A stretch of 64,000 nucleotides of DNA from positions 62,001-126,000 of the forward strand of contig AP039701.1 of the NCBI GenBank assembly GCA_051599415.1, given 5' to 3'. The position numbers were made by a program, and so were the translations under genes. Below, in pieces: positions 1-11,905 of this stretch. Source of the stretch: Savitreella phatthalungensis (taxonomy: Eukaryota). The first letter of the stretch is position 1. Each line of letters opens with the position of its first letter. Under the pieces are notes generated by a model. It did not search any database, was not told the origin of the DNA, and worked only from the letters and a program-made list of their open reading frames with translations.

Positions 1-294
1 GTGACTGGAACTTACAAACTGCCGAATTGAGTACGACAGCCCTAGTGTAACTCTCTCTGCTCAACATCATGAAAAGCTGCATGTACTTTCTCCTGTATTT
101 TCCACGTGTGCGTCATCCTTAGTGTAGACCTGGAAAATTATTATGCACAAACCGCATCCACGCAGCGTACGATGAAAGCCTGTACAGAGACGAGGGCAGG
201 GAAGTGAGTTCTTTACGTCTATTGCTAGCGACGTCACATATGCAATAGATACGCATCAGACTGTCGAGGCGGTCCCGAGCTTCTCAGCAATCTG

Positions 295-1341
295 ATGAAG
301 CGGCATCCTGGTGAAGTGTCGAGTGCAGCGTCTAGCGATGAACAGCTTGTCAAGCGGCAGCGTGCAAGTGCCCAGCAAGTCAGTAGGTCCACAGGCCCTT
401 CGAGATCTGAGCGAAGACGAACCTCAGGCCTGTCTGCCCCGACTTTACAATTGAACGGACATTCCGGGTACATCTATGCTTCCAGATTCAGTCCCGATGG
501 ACGAAGTCTGGCGTCCTGTTCTTTCGATCGCTCCATCATGCTCTGGCAGACGTATGGCGACTGTGACAACTACGCAGAGCTGCGCGGCAGTAAGAATGCC
601 GTCCTAGATCTCCAGTGGTCCGCCGACGGGAAATCCATCTACTCCGCCTCAGCCGACCACACCGTCTCCACGTGGGATGTCCATACAGGTACACGGATAC
701 GCAAGCACGAAGGTCATCAAGATATCGTGAACGCCGTCGATGTCCATCGTCGTGGCACAGAAACACTTTGCTCCGTCGCAGACGATGCAACAATAGGCCT
801 CTGGGATCCGCGCACCAAGTCCGCCATTGACTACATGCAAGACGAGTATTCAATCACAGCAGTCGCATTCAGCGCCAATGGCACGCAGCTTTTCAGCGGT
901 GGTCTGGATGAGGTGATCCGCGTTTGGGATCTACGTCGCAGAAAGGTCCTATACACACTCGAGGGTCATGCTGGCACCCTCACGAGTCTCTCGGTATCGC
1001 CTGACGGCTCTACTTTGTTGTCGAATGCCATGGACAACAAGTTGAAGCTCTGGAACATACAGCCCTTTGCACCAGAAGACCGGCTGGTGAGGACGATAGA
1101 AGGAGCAGAGCATGGGGAGGAAGGCAATTTGCTGCGGTCATGCTGGTCTGCTGACGGTAAACGTGTCGCTTCAGGATCAGCCGATCGCACCGTGATGATT
1201 TGGGATGCCGGTACTGGCATGCCGCTCTACAAGCTACCTGGGCACAAGGGTACAGTTGTCAGCGTCGACCTTCATCCACATGAGCCAATCGTACTTACAG
1301 GCAGTATCGACAAAACGCTCTTGCTTGGCGAGCTTGCTTAG
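295..1341 (+). CDS. SNRNP40: U5 snRNP 40 kDa WD40-repeat protein (SNRNP40/Spf38/Cwf17-like)
   Basis: 348-aa ORF with seven WD40 repeats. N-terminal 'RTSGLSAPTLQLNGH' and C-terminal 'LYKLPGHKGTV..VDLHPHEPI..GSIDKTLLLGEL' are typical of U5-40K. Confidence 0.9.
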   Translation: MKRHPGEVSSAASSDEQLVKRQRASAQQVSRSTGPSRSERRRTSGLSAPTLQLNGHSGYIYASRFSPDGRSLASCSFDRSIMLWQTYGDCDNYAELRGSKNAVLDLQWSADGKSIYSASADHTVSTWDVHTGTRIRKHEGHQDIVNAVDVHRRGTETLCSVADDATIGLWDPRTKSAIDYMQDEYSITAVAFSANGTQLFSGGLDEVIRVWDLRRRKVLYTLEGHAGTLTSLSVSPDGSTLLSNAMDNKLKLWNIQPFAPEDRLVRTIEGAEHGEEGNLLRSCWSADGKRVASGSADRTVMIWDAGTGMPLYKLPGHKGTVVSVDLHPHEPIVLTGSIDKTLLLGELA

Positions 1342-1511
1342 CCGCATGAGGTACCACCGGGATTTGTGGAAACAACGTGTGGTTTCGGATGGTCTTCTTG
1401 GCTTCCGCGTGATCTGCCCCGTGGTCATGCGCTCAAAGTTCAGTTCAAGAGTAGTGGTCGTGATGACAAACGAACAAGAGGACGATCGAGCCGATCTGCT
1501 AGCGTCCAAGT

Positions 1512-2717
1512 ATGGGCAAGAAGAGAAAGGACGATGAGGCAGCTGAAGTGCCAGCGTTCATTGACGTCGAGCAGCCAGAGGCCAGTCCATATCTGCATGT
1601 GGACTCGAACATTTCTCGCCTGTCCACGGTGACTCCAAGGCTCTCCATGAGTCGACGCAATAGCCGCGATAGTGCCTCTCTCTTTGCCGGTGGAACCGGT
1701 ACCCTCTCTGCGCGGCACAGTCTTTCACGGCCTTTGACAAGCGTGTCCCGAGCATCGAGTCATCGCACAAATGGCCACAATGGCCACGTTGACTTCATCT
1801 CTGAGCGCGATGGTTTCAGCGTGAACGATGATGCACGCAGGTCAATACATAGTGCTTATTTGCGTCCCTTGGAGGACAAACGCCTTGCAGAGGGATTGGG
1901 TTGGGCCTGGAACGTACAGGCGCAAACCATCGAGCAGCCCGCCGCTATCTACGCACCTGTAGCAGGCACGATCGCCGAGCACGATCGCCATTCAGAGCTA
2001 CCACTCCCTCCGCCTTCCGTCTCCTCAAATAAAGCCTGGAACGCAGCTTGTGACGATTTGGCAGATTACGTCGACGAGCACTTCCCCATGCGGCCCCTGC
2101 CGCAGCAGCCTACGTACTCCCCAGACGTGCCTCAGATGCAGCACGAAGACTATTATGACCACCCTCGGCCGCTACCTATACCTCCGCCTGCGGTCGCCTA
2201 CAGGACGCCTTCGCCAGCTTATGACTCATACCAGGTCGCGTCACCGCCCGAACCACCTTCGCCGACCTTCAGCAACCGTCATCGACCATTTGACGAGGAA
2301 GGTGACCCGGACTTGACACCGGATGGCAGGGTCGCGTTTGCACAGGCCAGTCCTCGGGTGGACGGCGGGAAAAAGAAACCTAAAAAGACTGTCAACCAAT
2401 CACCCAAGGCGGTTCAGAAGCGTCTACTGACACCGCGCGATCGACGCGACTGGCGATCGAAATGGAAGCATCGCCGTCATCGCGACTGTGCATTCATCTT
2501 GCTCTACTGGGTACTCTTCCTCGGCGCGTGCGCAGGGTACGCAGTTGCCTTGGTCAGATCGAAGTTCTGGATTATGGATGATGAGAAGCGTGCTGCTGCA
2601 GGAGCAAAAGCAAGGATCGAGGGATGGGCACACGGACTGATCGTCATTGGTCTATTTTGCCTCTTGCTGATGGCGCTGGCATCGTGCGGTCGTTGGTGGC
2701 ATTCCTATCGCAGGTGA
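1512..2717 (+). CDS. Hypothetical membrane protein (Pro/Ser-rich N-terminus, two C-terminal TM helices)
   Basis: 401-aa ATG-initiated ORF with two hydrophobic segments (FILLYWVLFLGACAGYAVALV; GLIVIGLFCLLLMALASC). No family recognised. Confidence 0.7.
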   Translation: MGKKRKDDEAAEVPAFIDVEQPEASPYLHVDSNISRLSTVTPRLSMSRRNSRDSASLFAGGTGTLSARHSLSRPLTSVSRASSHRTNGHNGHVDFISERDGFSVNDDARRSIHSAYLRPLEDKRLAEGLGWAWNVQAQTIEQPAAIYAPVAGTIAEHDRHSELPLPPPSVSSNKAWNAACDDLADYVDEHFPMRPLPQQPTYSPDVPQMQHEDYYDHPRPLPIPPPAVAYRTPSPAYDSYQVASPPEPPSPTFSNRHRPFDEEGDPDLTPDGRVAFAQASPRVDGGKKKPKKTVNQSPKAVQKRLLTPRDRRDWRSKWKHRRHRDCAFILLYWVLFLGACAGYAVALVRSKFWIMDDEKRAAAGAKARIEGWAHGLIVIGLFCLLLMALASCGRWWHSYRR

Positions 2718-2783
2718 TCGGCGGCCGCCACCACTTGTGATCAGCTAGTTCTACATTGTCTGCTTGTGATCCAGTTCCACTCT

Positions 2784-4022
2784 TTACCAATTTCCTCGTA
2801 CGGGCTTTCCAACGAGCCAAACGACCTCGTCAACGCGAAGTGGCGGCGCGATCAGGCCGATCCATGTCTTTGCCTCCTCAAAGAAGCCGAACATGAGGTA
2901 ACCCTCTGTGTAGGACTCGCTTAGATATGCCCAGGTCAAGACAAAGATTGCACGGAAGAGCCAGTTGTGCTTGATGGTTGCGTATCGCGGCCACGCCTTC
3001 GTTTCCAAGTAGACTTCGATCGAGCAGCCGACCGCGTTCCAGGTGAAGTAGCGTATGTTTGCCCAACGGATATCGCCGAAAGCGATGTAACTCATGACCT
3101 CATGAAATGCTCCCGAGACGAGGAATGTCAAGAGGGCAGCCGAGCAATTCTGCCTGAATGTGCGCTGACCATGCTCTCTCGTGCCCTTGCTCACCGCATC
3201 CGGTCTGTGGAAAGACTTTGCGAGCGGGAAGACAAGGCCATTGAACACGACGTTCTTGAGGACATCGTGGACTGGCAAATTCCACCGACGTCCCCAGAGA
3301 TCCCGGAAGCCAGAGGAGATGAGTGGGCGATTGAACATGTGACGCATGTGGCGATCATTCACAAAGCCATACGCTGCGAAGAACCCACCGACAAAGCCCT
3401 CAAGGCAGACTAGCAGAATGACGCCGAGGATGGCGTAGTACGCGCGTGCCTGCAGCCAGGACATATCCGCAAAGCTCTCCGGCGGTGGAATGCACCGAAT
3501 CGCCACGCAAGCGAACACCATCTTGACCGCAGAGACCGCGAGGTCCTTCGCATTCTCCGCCCTCGCCGACGGACCTTGCGTATGCGACCGCGTTTCAGGA
3601 TCATACTCGACCACGAAGGTGAACAGCCGTCCCCAGTACTCTGTCGCCGACCACTTTGCCGTCTCTTCCGCATCTCTCAGGAACGCGATCCGGAAGATCC
3701 TCAGGGAGAGCACGAACGCGATCACCGCGAGACCAAAGTCGATCACTCGGCTGCCGGATGCCTCTGAGCCCCAGACGAATGGGAATGCGATGACAAAGAT
3801 GATGCAGGACCATCCTCGGACACGTCGTCTGCCGTTGGTCCGTGGGAGGGTGAGCCGGGATCGGAGGGAGTTCAGGACGCCGAGGTAGAGGACTGGCAGT
3901 GCGAGCACCATCCACAGAGGTCGTTGCAATTCGATCGCCGGCGGCGAGTATCGTCTGGTCACCGGCAGACCAAATGACTTGGCGAGCTCACCGACAGGCG
4001 AGAGCGTCGCGAGTAGCCCCAT
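2784..4022 (-). CDS. Membrane-bound O-acyltransferase, MBOAT2/wax synthase family
   Basis: Polytopic membrane ORF with 'FRDLWGRRWNL' and 'FLVSGAFHE' (catalytic His) motifs. First ATG is at 4022; the ORF track starts at TTG 4040. Confidence 0.85.
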   Translation of the reverse strand: MGLLATLSPVGELAKSFGLPVTRRYSPPAIELQRPLWMVLALPVLYLGVLNSLRSRLTLPRTNGRRRVRGWSCIIFVIAFPFVWGSEASGSRVIDFGLAVIAFVLSLRIFRIAFLRDAEETAKWSATEYWGRLFTFVVEYDPETRSHTQGPSARAENAKDLAVSAVKMVFACVAIRCIPPPESFADMSWLQARAYYAILGVILLVCLEGFVGGFFAAYGFVNDRHMRHMFNRPLISSGFRDLWGRRWNLPVHDVLKNVVFNGLVFPLAKSFHRPDAVSKGTREHGQRTFRQNCSAALLTFLVSGAFHEVMSYIAFGDIRWANIRYFTWNAVGCSIEVYLETKAWPRYATIKHNWLFRAIFVLTWAYLSESYTEGYLMFGFFEEAKTWIGLIAPPLRVDEVVWLVGKPVRGNW

Positions 4023-4292
4023 GCTCTGACTGCCTACCAAGGATATGCTTTATGCTGAAGGATGCGAAAGTCAAAAATCTGAGGAAACACACTTGACGTC
4101 ATAATCACGAGCCAAAAATCAACTTTTTTGCACATGCACATGCTGTGTAACTTTGTGTGGAAAATTTATGCTGAACTGTGGATGAAGAGTAAATACAGTT
4201 TGAGGCCACCCCGAAGTGTTTCTTCTATATGTGTCCTCCGGAAGCTATGAATATATTTCGTTATCGTCATTTGGCGGTCAAGGATGTCGCGC

Positions 4293-5264
4293 TCATAGGA
4301 TGACTGCTGCTACTGATGCTGCAATCATCAGAGATGCGAGCCATTTGCCCAAAGGCGAGGTTCTCGGTAGTGCAGCGTTTGCGCGCGACACCGGTGAGGC
4401 AGAAGTGGTGGACCTCAGAGAGGTGCCGACACTTGCGGTTGCGCTGGCGGATGCTGTGGACGCTTTCGAGTACAGGTAGCTCCGGCCGATCGTTGTCAAA
4501 TTGCCTGAAGCATCAAGGAAAGTAGCGTTGGTACCAACGTTGGAAGCGTTGCTCCTGAATCCTCCGAACCACGCGTATCGATCGACCCAGTCGAGCCCAT
4601 CGAGCCAGGACGTCATGCTATTGTAATTGGACAGAGTGTTGTTGTAAGAGGCGTGAGCATCGGCCAGTTCTGTAAGCCAGATCTTTCGCGTTGCGTTGAA
4701 TGTGTAGTACAGTTGACCTAGGTGGTCCGCGAGACCGGTGAATTCACCGTACCAGTGTGTGCAGAGGTATGCGACGTTGCATCCTGTGCAGTTGCCGAGA
4801 AACTGAGCCGTCCACTTGACGCCTCCGTCAGAACCTGTCGTACATGGTCCCACAAGCGTGTAGCCCGATTGCTCCCGCATCGGCTCGAGGTACTTGAGCC
4901 AAAGCCGAGCTGCTTCGGCAGGTGAAATATTGGATTGGCCGTTGCCGGTACCGTCTGGCTCGTTGAAGGTCATGATATGGGTTGCACTTGGGCTGTTGTC
5001 TGAGACGTCCTTGGCGAATGACTCGATGCCTGCGCCTCCCCATACCTGAGGGACGAATTCCAGTGCACCGAACCACGTAGCATTCCCTGGCCCAGAGCCA
5101 TAGTTGTACGCCCAGCTCATGGCTGTGCCGTTGATCAAGGTCGGCTGATCGCGAAATGAGTCGACATTGTTGACGCCTACAAGGCCTCTTTTGCTCGACG
5201 CATCACGCGCGCCAAACGCAGACGCCAGGCCGAGCGATAAAGATAGTGCAAAGAGGACCGTCAT
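4293..5264 (-). CDS. GH128 beta-1,3-glucanase-like (Asl1-like) protein, probably GPI-anchored
   Basis: Signal peptide; 'KRGL', 'WAYN', 'EFVPQVW', 'FNEPD', 'HWY', 'IWLTE' and 'VDRYAWF' motifs; Ser/Thr tail and hydrophobic C-terminus. Confidence 0.88.
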   Translation of the reverse strand: MTVLFALSLSLGLASAFGARDASSKRGLVGVNNVDSFRDQPTLINGTAMSWAYNYGSGPGNATWFGALEFVPQVWGGAGIESFAKDVSDNSPSATHIMTFNEPDGTGNGQSNISPAEAARLWLKYLEPMREQSGYTLVGPCTTGSDGGVKWTAQFLGNCTGCNVAYLCTHWYGEFTGLADHLGQLYYTFNATRKIWLTELADAHASYNNTLSNYNSMTSWLDGLDWVDRYAWFGGFRSNASNVGTNATFLDASGNLTTIGRSYLYSKASTASASATASVGTSLRSTTSASPVSRANAALPRTSPLGKWLASLMIAASVAAVIL

Positions 5265-7018
5265 GGATATATGGACGATCGAATGACTAGCTTGGCGCGT
5301 CAGGTCTTAGAGGACGATGTTGTGTCGCGTCGCGTCGAGATGTGTACCTCGATCGATCGATCACAATGGACATTGAATGGATGTCAATCATTCACGCACG
5401 CGCAAATCCAGTGCTTTGGATGATCAAGAAGATCTCCAAAGCATTCTGAGACTCTCGCTGTCTCTGGTTCTCTGCCCAGCTCTCTCTCACTCAGTCCCTC
5501 TCTTGCCGTCTTGTGGCAGCTCGTGGGCTTGGTTCGCTTCACCGGGCTGATTCCCATTGAAGGATCTGAACCTTAAAAAGGGTGAACACGGAGGCTTTGA
5601 CGAGTGTCGTTGAATGACTCTCGTTTACGACTGCCTGATTAAGATGTAAAAGCTGGAAAGGGTGAACTTGTCAGTCTGTCTGAGCGGACGTCTGATCAGC
5701 GCCCTTTGAAACTTTCAATTTTATTAGCTGACAAAGGTGATCGCCAGGTCGCCCTGTGGCCAAAGCAGTTGCAAGGATACTCAGACAGACAGTATAGAGC
5801 GAGCTAGGCTTTTAACAAAAGAGAACAGAACGCAGACAATGTAGCCAAGACGCTTGTGAGTAGCGTCGTAATGGGCGATGAAGCCTACTGTTCTTTGATC
5901 GCAGAGTGATGCTTGTAAGTGTAGTTGGCAATACACTCTCGATATGGTAGAAAGAGTAGTTGATAGCTTCACCCTGAGACTCGCACCATTTGACAACGTC
6001 CACGGATGTCAGACTTGAGTATATGCTTGATCGCATCAGATCTGCGGCGATAGCGATACAGCTGTTGGAAGAATCGTATCTCAGCGGCAGAAACACATAC
6101 ATATTCACACAAAGTTTGTTTACGATATCTCCGATCGTATATGCCTTGCGGCATCGCGTCACTGCCCGCGACACAAGATTGTTGGGAAGAATGACTTGCG
6201 GTGAGTATTATCTGCTAGTCCGTTGAATTTAATACCAGCAAACGTGCAGGTCGGAGACTGAAAATCTCCGCTTTATACTTTGTCCAGCTATAGCTCATGA
6301 TGAGCGAATGGCGTCGGAGGAGCTGTCAAGGTACTGCTCTATACCTGCTGACTCTCGGTGCTGTACAGGGCGAGTGTGTTCAGAACTTCTTCCCGAAGCC
6401 TCTTGAACGATCATGAAAACTTTGGGAAGTTTGGCGTTACGCCACATCCCTTAAAATTTCCTATCCGTTTTCCATTCCAAGCTATATCGGTCGGTCACGC
6501 ATACGCGCATCGTGTCAATCACAATCTCACGAAGAAAAGCTGGCCAGTCCAGGACCGTCATCCTGTTTAATGGCACGGTCGCATCAGAGCCGATAAAGCT
6601 GCATGCACCTTTTTCATGTTGTGTTAGCTTCGCACTTACTGACAATTGGCTGGCTGAGGATGTGGATGATGGCTGTAGTCCTCTAGACCATGCTCGAGAG
6701 ACCTACAATAATGTGTTTCAATATGCCGTCAAAGTGCATGTCCCATTGTGATGTCAACAGCCACAGAGTAGAGCGTCAGAACGTAATTTCGTTAAAAAGG
6801 TGCTAGACTAAGGCATCGAGGTCTAAGACTGCGTGATATGGTAGATAGTGCGTGGTTGTATTGCGCTGATCCGTCCTTGAGGAGAAAGGTAAAAATGGTG
6901 GACGATAAGGAAGAAAGTCCGCGATCGTTTCGTTCGAGGTCGTGATAGAAAGGGTGGAGTGAGTGAATAGGAATGATTGAAGGCGTGGTAGTGACGTGAT
7001 AAGCAAGCTGGTCTCTCG

Positions 7019-9229
7019 CTATGCGAGAACCTCGTTAATGCCATGCATCTGTGGGACGAACGAAGCCGACTTTGTTTTGCTGTGAGCACGTCCATTCAGA
7101 TTTGGCCTGCGAGGCGGCTGCTGCTGATTTGCGCTCGACGCTGCATTGCTCGGCGCGTTCTGCTTCGGCTGCTGGATTGTCCGTGCAAGGAGTGCCTCGA
7201 CCTTGCGCGGCGCGGCGACACCGATCGAGATCTCAGCTCGCCGTGGTGTTGGTGCGCTGACTCCGTCATAAGTGCGTGAGCGCCTGCTGCTCGAGCGGCG
7301 ATCACTGCTGCTGCTCATGCCCATACGAGGCGATGTACTTGGCGAAATAGACCCTGTAGCGGCCTGTGAGAGGCTCGGACACGAGACAGAGCTAGACAAC
7401 TGAGGAGAGACACGTCGTGCGCCGTTCCCAATCGACAGAGCCTCAATGTCAGTGTCGCTGTAAGGGACAGCGACGTTCGACCTGACACGTTTCAGTGCAT
7501 CCCGTGCCGCAGCGAGCTTTGCCTTTGCCGCTTGCTGCTCAGCTGTCGATGCTAGCAAAGTGGGACTGCCGACCTCAGCTGCGGCCTTCTTGGCCAATAT
7601 CAGGACGTCCTTGAGTGATGGCTCGGCAGAGGAAATGGGCGAAGCCTCAGAAACCGGCGTAGATGCAATGTCGACCGAGGCTGCGGCAGAGGCTGTTGCG
7701 GAGGTGGCCGTTGATGATATCAGCATCGGAGAGTCGATTCTTAAAGCCGCTTGACGAGAGAGCGATTCCCGAAGGGCTCGTGCATCCTTCTGCTCCTGTA
7801 GCTCGCCCATCAGGCGCTCGCAGACGATTGCGAAGTGCTGAGCATCGAATGAATCGGTGCGCGGCAGATCAACAGGCCGCTTCTCCAGGCGGAAGTAGTC
7901 CTCGCTCGAAGTTGTGCTCTCGGCAGAGATTGCCGGGATCAGCTCCGGTAGACTCTCTGCCTCCGATGCATCGGATGGACGCTTCTCAGCCAATCTGGCA
8001 GGCGAGAGGTTTTGTTCGCTAGTATCTAGCGGATCTAGCTCATTGATGGCATGTTTGGTGAAGTCGCTTGTGCCAGCACTCGTGAAATCCCATTGTTCTT
8101 CCTCAGTTACCACAGCCACAGCCTCGAGGCTTGCTTCGATCTCTAATAGTTCCGGCTCGGTGTCTGGTTGTTCTGGCTCGATCTCGATAGTGATAGAGGG
8201 CAACTGCTGCATCTTGACTAATGGCAATGGCCTGAGACCGAGGCCGACAGCCGCAGCTTGCACTCGAGCGGATACCTGCTCCATGGCAGCATCGCTACCG
8301 TCCTCACTGCGAGAGCGCTGCAGGTCGTAGCCAAAGGCCCGGTCAACAAGATCGCTGCTGGTGAGTATCGTGAGATCTGTGACTGTGTGATTGCGCTTGA
8401 GGTTGAGGGATTCGGAGCTGCCCAGGCTCAGGTCAGTCCCCAAGATACGAGCTAGCTTTGTGCTCGAGGCCACAGAGGCAGCGGAAGTGTTGAGCTCGTT
8501 GCCAAGCATTTGGACAAGTTTGTTCGCATCGCGCTTGCGCTCTAGCTCGTCGTCCTCCGGCAGCACCGCTCTTTCTGGCTCGAAGACCGGAATAGTCTCC
8601 TCGCTTGCGACGCTGGCTACCGTTGCGGCGCTCGATCGACGACGCAGCCGAATGGAGGATGTGCGCTTCAACGTACGCTTGAGGCTCTTGAGCATCTTTG
8701 GCGGGAGCTCCGGTTCGTAGTTGAGCAACGGCGGGACTGAAAAGGCGGTTGTGCTCTTTGAAACCCGATTCGAGACGGCTTCGCGAGAGAATTGCTCTGA
8801 TAGCTCTTCCGGCTCAGCAAGGTAGCGCTGAAGTGCGAAGGAGTGCGACGATTCCTCCGGTATCGCGTTGCGTCGATGTTGGTGATGTCGGTGTGGGAGG
8901 CAGGCGGACTTTCTACTCGCCTTCGCGTTGACAATGTCAGCAACTGAGCTGGTGGTGAGGCTAGTAAAGACAGGATCGGGAACAGGCCATTCTATAGAGT
9001 TCAGGCGCAGTCGACCTGAAGATTGCCAATAGTGTGCTTCCGCCCTAGACTGATAGCTCTCCGGCAGGAGCGTTGAACGATCCCTCGGGAGATTCAGTAA
9101 AGGGACCGAGCCATAGTACGGGAGGGATGTAAGGGTTGACTCGCTGTGAGCAATTTCCTGGCGCCTGCCCGTCGGATAATGACGCTCATGTTGCTGCTCG
9201 CGCAGCCATCGATCGAATAGATCGCTCAT
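7019..9229 (-). CDS. Hypothetical low-complexity, Ser-rich protein
   Basis: ~736-aa open frame from the first ATG at 9229. Disordered composition, no recognised domain. Confidence 0.7.
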   Translation of the reverse strand: MSDLFDRWLREQQHERHYPTGRRQEIAHSESTLTSLPYYGSVPLLNLPRDRSTLLPESYQSRAEAHYWQSSGRLRLNSIEWPVPDPVFTSLTTSSVADIVNAKASRKSACLPHRHHQHRRNAIPEESSHSFALQRYLAEPEELSEQFSREAVSNRVSKSTTAFSVPPLLNYEPELPPKMLKSLKRTLKRTSSIRLRRRSSAATVASVASEETIPVFEPERAVLPEDDELERKRDANKLVQMLGNELNTSAASVASSTKLARILGTDLSLGSSESLNLKRNHTVTDLTILTSSDLVDRAFGYDLQRSRSEDGSDAAMEQVSARVQAAAVGLGLRPLPLVKMQQLPSITIEIEPEQPDTEPELLEIEASLEAVAVVTEEEQWDFTSAGTSDFTKHAINELDPLDTSEQNLSPARLAEKRPSDASEAESLPELIPAISAESTTSSEDYFRLEKRPVDLPRTDSFDAQHFAIVCERLMGELQEQKDARALRESLSRQAALRIDSPMLISSTATSATASAAASVDIASTPVSEASPISSAEPSLKDVLILAKKAAAEVGSPTLLASTAEQQAAKAKLAAARDALKRVRSNVAVPYSDTDIEALSIGNGARRVSPQLSSSVSCPSLSQAATGSISPSTSPRMGMSSSSDRRSSSRRSRTYDGVSAPTPRRAEISIGVAAPRKVEALLARTIQQPKQNAPSNAASSANQQQPPRRPNLNGRAHSKTKSASFVPQMHGINEVLA

Positions 9230-11905
9230 GACTAAGAGTTTGGTAGGCAATGTTTTAAGGTGTGGATGCGTTTGGCGTCCGATGAGGCGTCCACGACAGC
9301 TCCAATGATCTTCGGTATGTTCAAGCTGGGAGGGGGGAATGAGAGGAAAGGGAAAATCGAGGGAGGTTCATGCCTTTTAAGGACTGACAAAACAATTCAT
9401 GTGGGTAGTGCATCATTATGCACTTTCATCCTGCACGCTCGCTCAAGCAGTCCTGGTCAGCGCGCGTCGTCACTGATACGACGACAGAATCTATGTCTCG
9501 TCTGTTCATCACTCGAGCGTACACGGGTCACTCAAGATCTGAAACATCAAGAGCATCGCTTGCAAGGTCTTTCTTGTCATCGAGTGTACGAGACGTTTCT
9601 CGACAATTTGACCCTGGTCAGATATAATCCACCTCTGTGCTCGGCTACCGAATGACGAACGTGTATCTGCAATGGTTCTGTCAGGTGAGCGTCCTTTTCA
9701 AGGCAATGGAATACTATTCTTTGTAGCCGTTCGAAGAAGCAAGACCGAGCATCGGAGTGTCTGTGCGCTGATGAATGGGATTGTTGCAGATGTTTCTCGC
9801 TTCTCAATCAATTTGTTCTTGGAGGGAAATGTCCGTGTCTGAATTGAGACATTCTATGCTGACGCCACATAATGGGTATCTGAACACTGTCAGAATTAGA
9901 TAAAGCCTTTTAAGAGGTGCCGCCTGCTGGGACACTGCCCACAGAAGGGCGGGAGTCATTCGACTGCTCATGCTCACATCTGATTGAATAGACTGAGACA
10001 TTTCAGTCTTGAGCTATGCAAGGTCGAGATCGCCAGTGGACGATGAAGCTGGTCTTAAAAAGAGACTTTCATTCTGCGTAGGCCAGCTCAGAGCTCATGT
10101 CAAGACAATGTCAGTCGCCGAGATGTATGGACGCTATCCAGCGTGAGGCTTTGCAGGAGAAGGTCGTGCAAAACAATAGGCACAAAGGAATACTAGCCCA
10201 TATACTAGCCCAGCGATGCACGAAATCCTCGTGGTTATCATCGCCGGCCTTGATCCATATTCTTTTGAGCTCGTGGCAGGTTTTGCAGAAGTGACGTCGA
10301 CGAAAGTCGCTAATTGCCTGTGACGCATGGTCAAGCGAGACAGCTAATGTCTCACCCTTCTAGCGATGTCTCGGAGACTTTCTGATCTGGAGCTGTATTC
10401 CTGTGTAACCTGTCTTGCACTTCCCCACAAACGATCTCGACAAGAGGTCTCGCAGGGCGTCTAGTGGAGTTACTGATGGAGCACCAGCCAAGCAGTCAGC
10501 TGAACCTTCGGCGTACTCTCAGCAAGGAGTTTTAGTGCATTTCCCATTAATCAGACATGGTAGCGAGAGACATCCTCGGTAAATTCCAATTTTGTGCATA
10601 TTTCACTGCAATAGTATGGTACCTGGCCGATTTAGACCATTCCCCTTACACTGAAGGCGCCCGGGTAGCGGCGATCTAAGCGATTCGGCATCTCGCCATC
10701 TGGGAAGCAAGTCCGACTGAAGCGATTTTGACAGTCGAGCTGTCCCTTGATTTGCATACTTACGCCTTGCCGAAGATCTGCCACGAAGGAGTTGTGGGAT
10801 CGATTGTATGCTTTCAGGAGAACACCACAGAAGCTCCTTCCAATCTCGACAAATCTCAACAATTTGACATGATCAAGCTTTTAATCAGAAGGAGGCTTTG
10901 TGAGCTCGGACGCAGCCCGCTGATATGATCGTCGAAAGCACAGTCCAATTTATTTAAGAATAGACCCCTTACGATGTGCGTAAGCCGGGTCAAGCTGTAA
11001 GTCTAATACGGAGGTGAATTCAGCATTCTTGAATAATACTTGATTACGGTGGATCTGTCAAGTTCTGGAGCTTGAACGGGCGCTTCCAGAGCACCAGAGA
11101 GTCTTAAGCACTGTCACACGACCGCTTTGGCCCGGGGAGGTCTGTAGTCGCATGACACCCCGGACGGAGAAGATAATGTCCAGAATGAGAGCAATTTGAA
11201 TGTCTCGTCTGTGGTAATCGGCTTTACTTCTCCACATTCTTACATCCATCTGGTCGGTATGCAGCTTACTCGGGATTCCCCAGACTCCCGTCGACGGAGC
11301 GCCCTGCGCAAGGTAGCATGCCGAAATTGCTCAGATCTTCCGACTCCGATTTGTGGACCAATTGCGATCTCACTCGGACTGTCCTGCAACACGCTTCTCT
11401 GAGCCTTTGTCTTCTCAGTGCCTCGTGCGCGCTCGTCTCACATGTGTAACTAATGAGATCGTGCATATTTTATCAATCTGTCTTTGAACCACATGCACCA
11501 CATTAGCTGCATCCCTCCCCGTGGATGGGGACGAACGGCTTGAATTGTTCACAGTGGAGATTAGCGCATGCTTGATCAATACCGCTGCTGATTGGTAGAT
11601 ATGGTTTTGTTTTGTGTTGATGTTGAATCTGATGACTGTCAGATCAGAAAGTATGACGCGCTGAAATCGATCGGATTCGATTTGATTGAGCGAGGATGAT
11701 CAATTGTCCGAAGGGAAGCTAGCTATAGGCAATTGGGGTTGCACAGGCAAGCACTCTGTATCGTGTCGACCTGTGCGCCTCTCCTTTCGCGGTGACTCAT
11801 CGGTACGTGTTGCTGTGCAGGACGGCGCGCGTACACAAGAAGAGATTGCGCAAGTACCGGCGCCTCCATATTCATGCTTGATACTGCTCTCCGGATAGCG
11901 TTGTG

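Noticed and set aside
5780..6760. Several short ORFs and a GTGAGT donor-like site near 6201
   Set aside because: I could not assemble a spliced open frame or recognise any homology.
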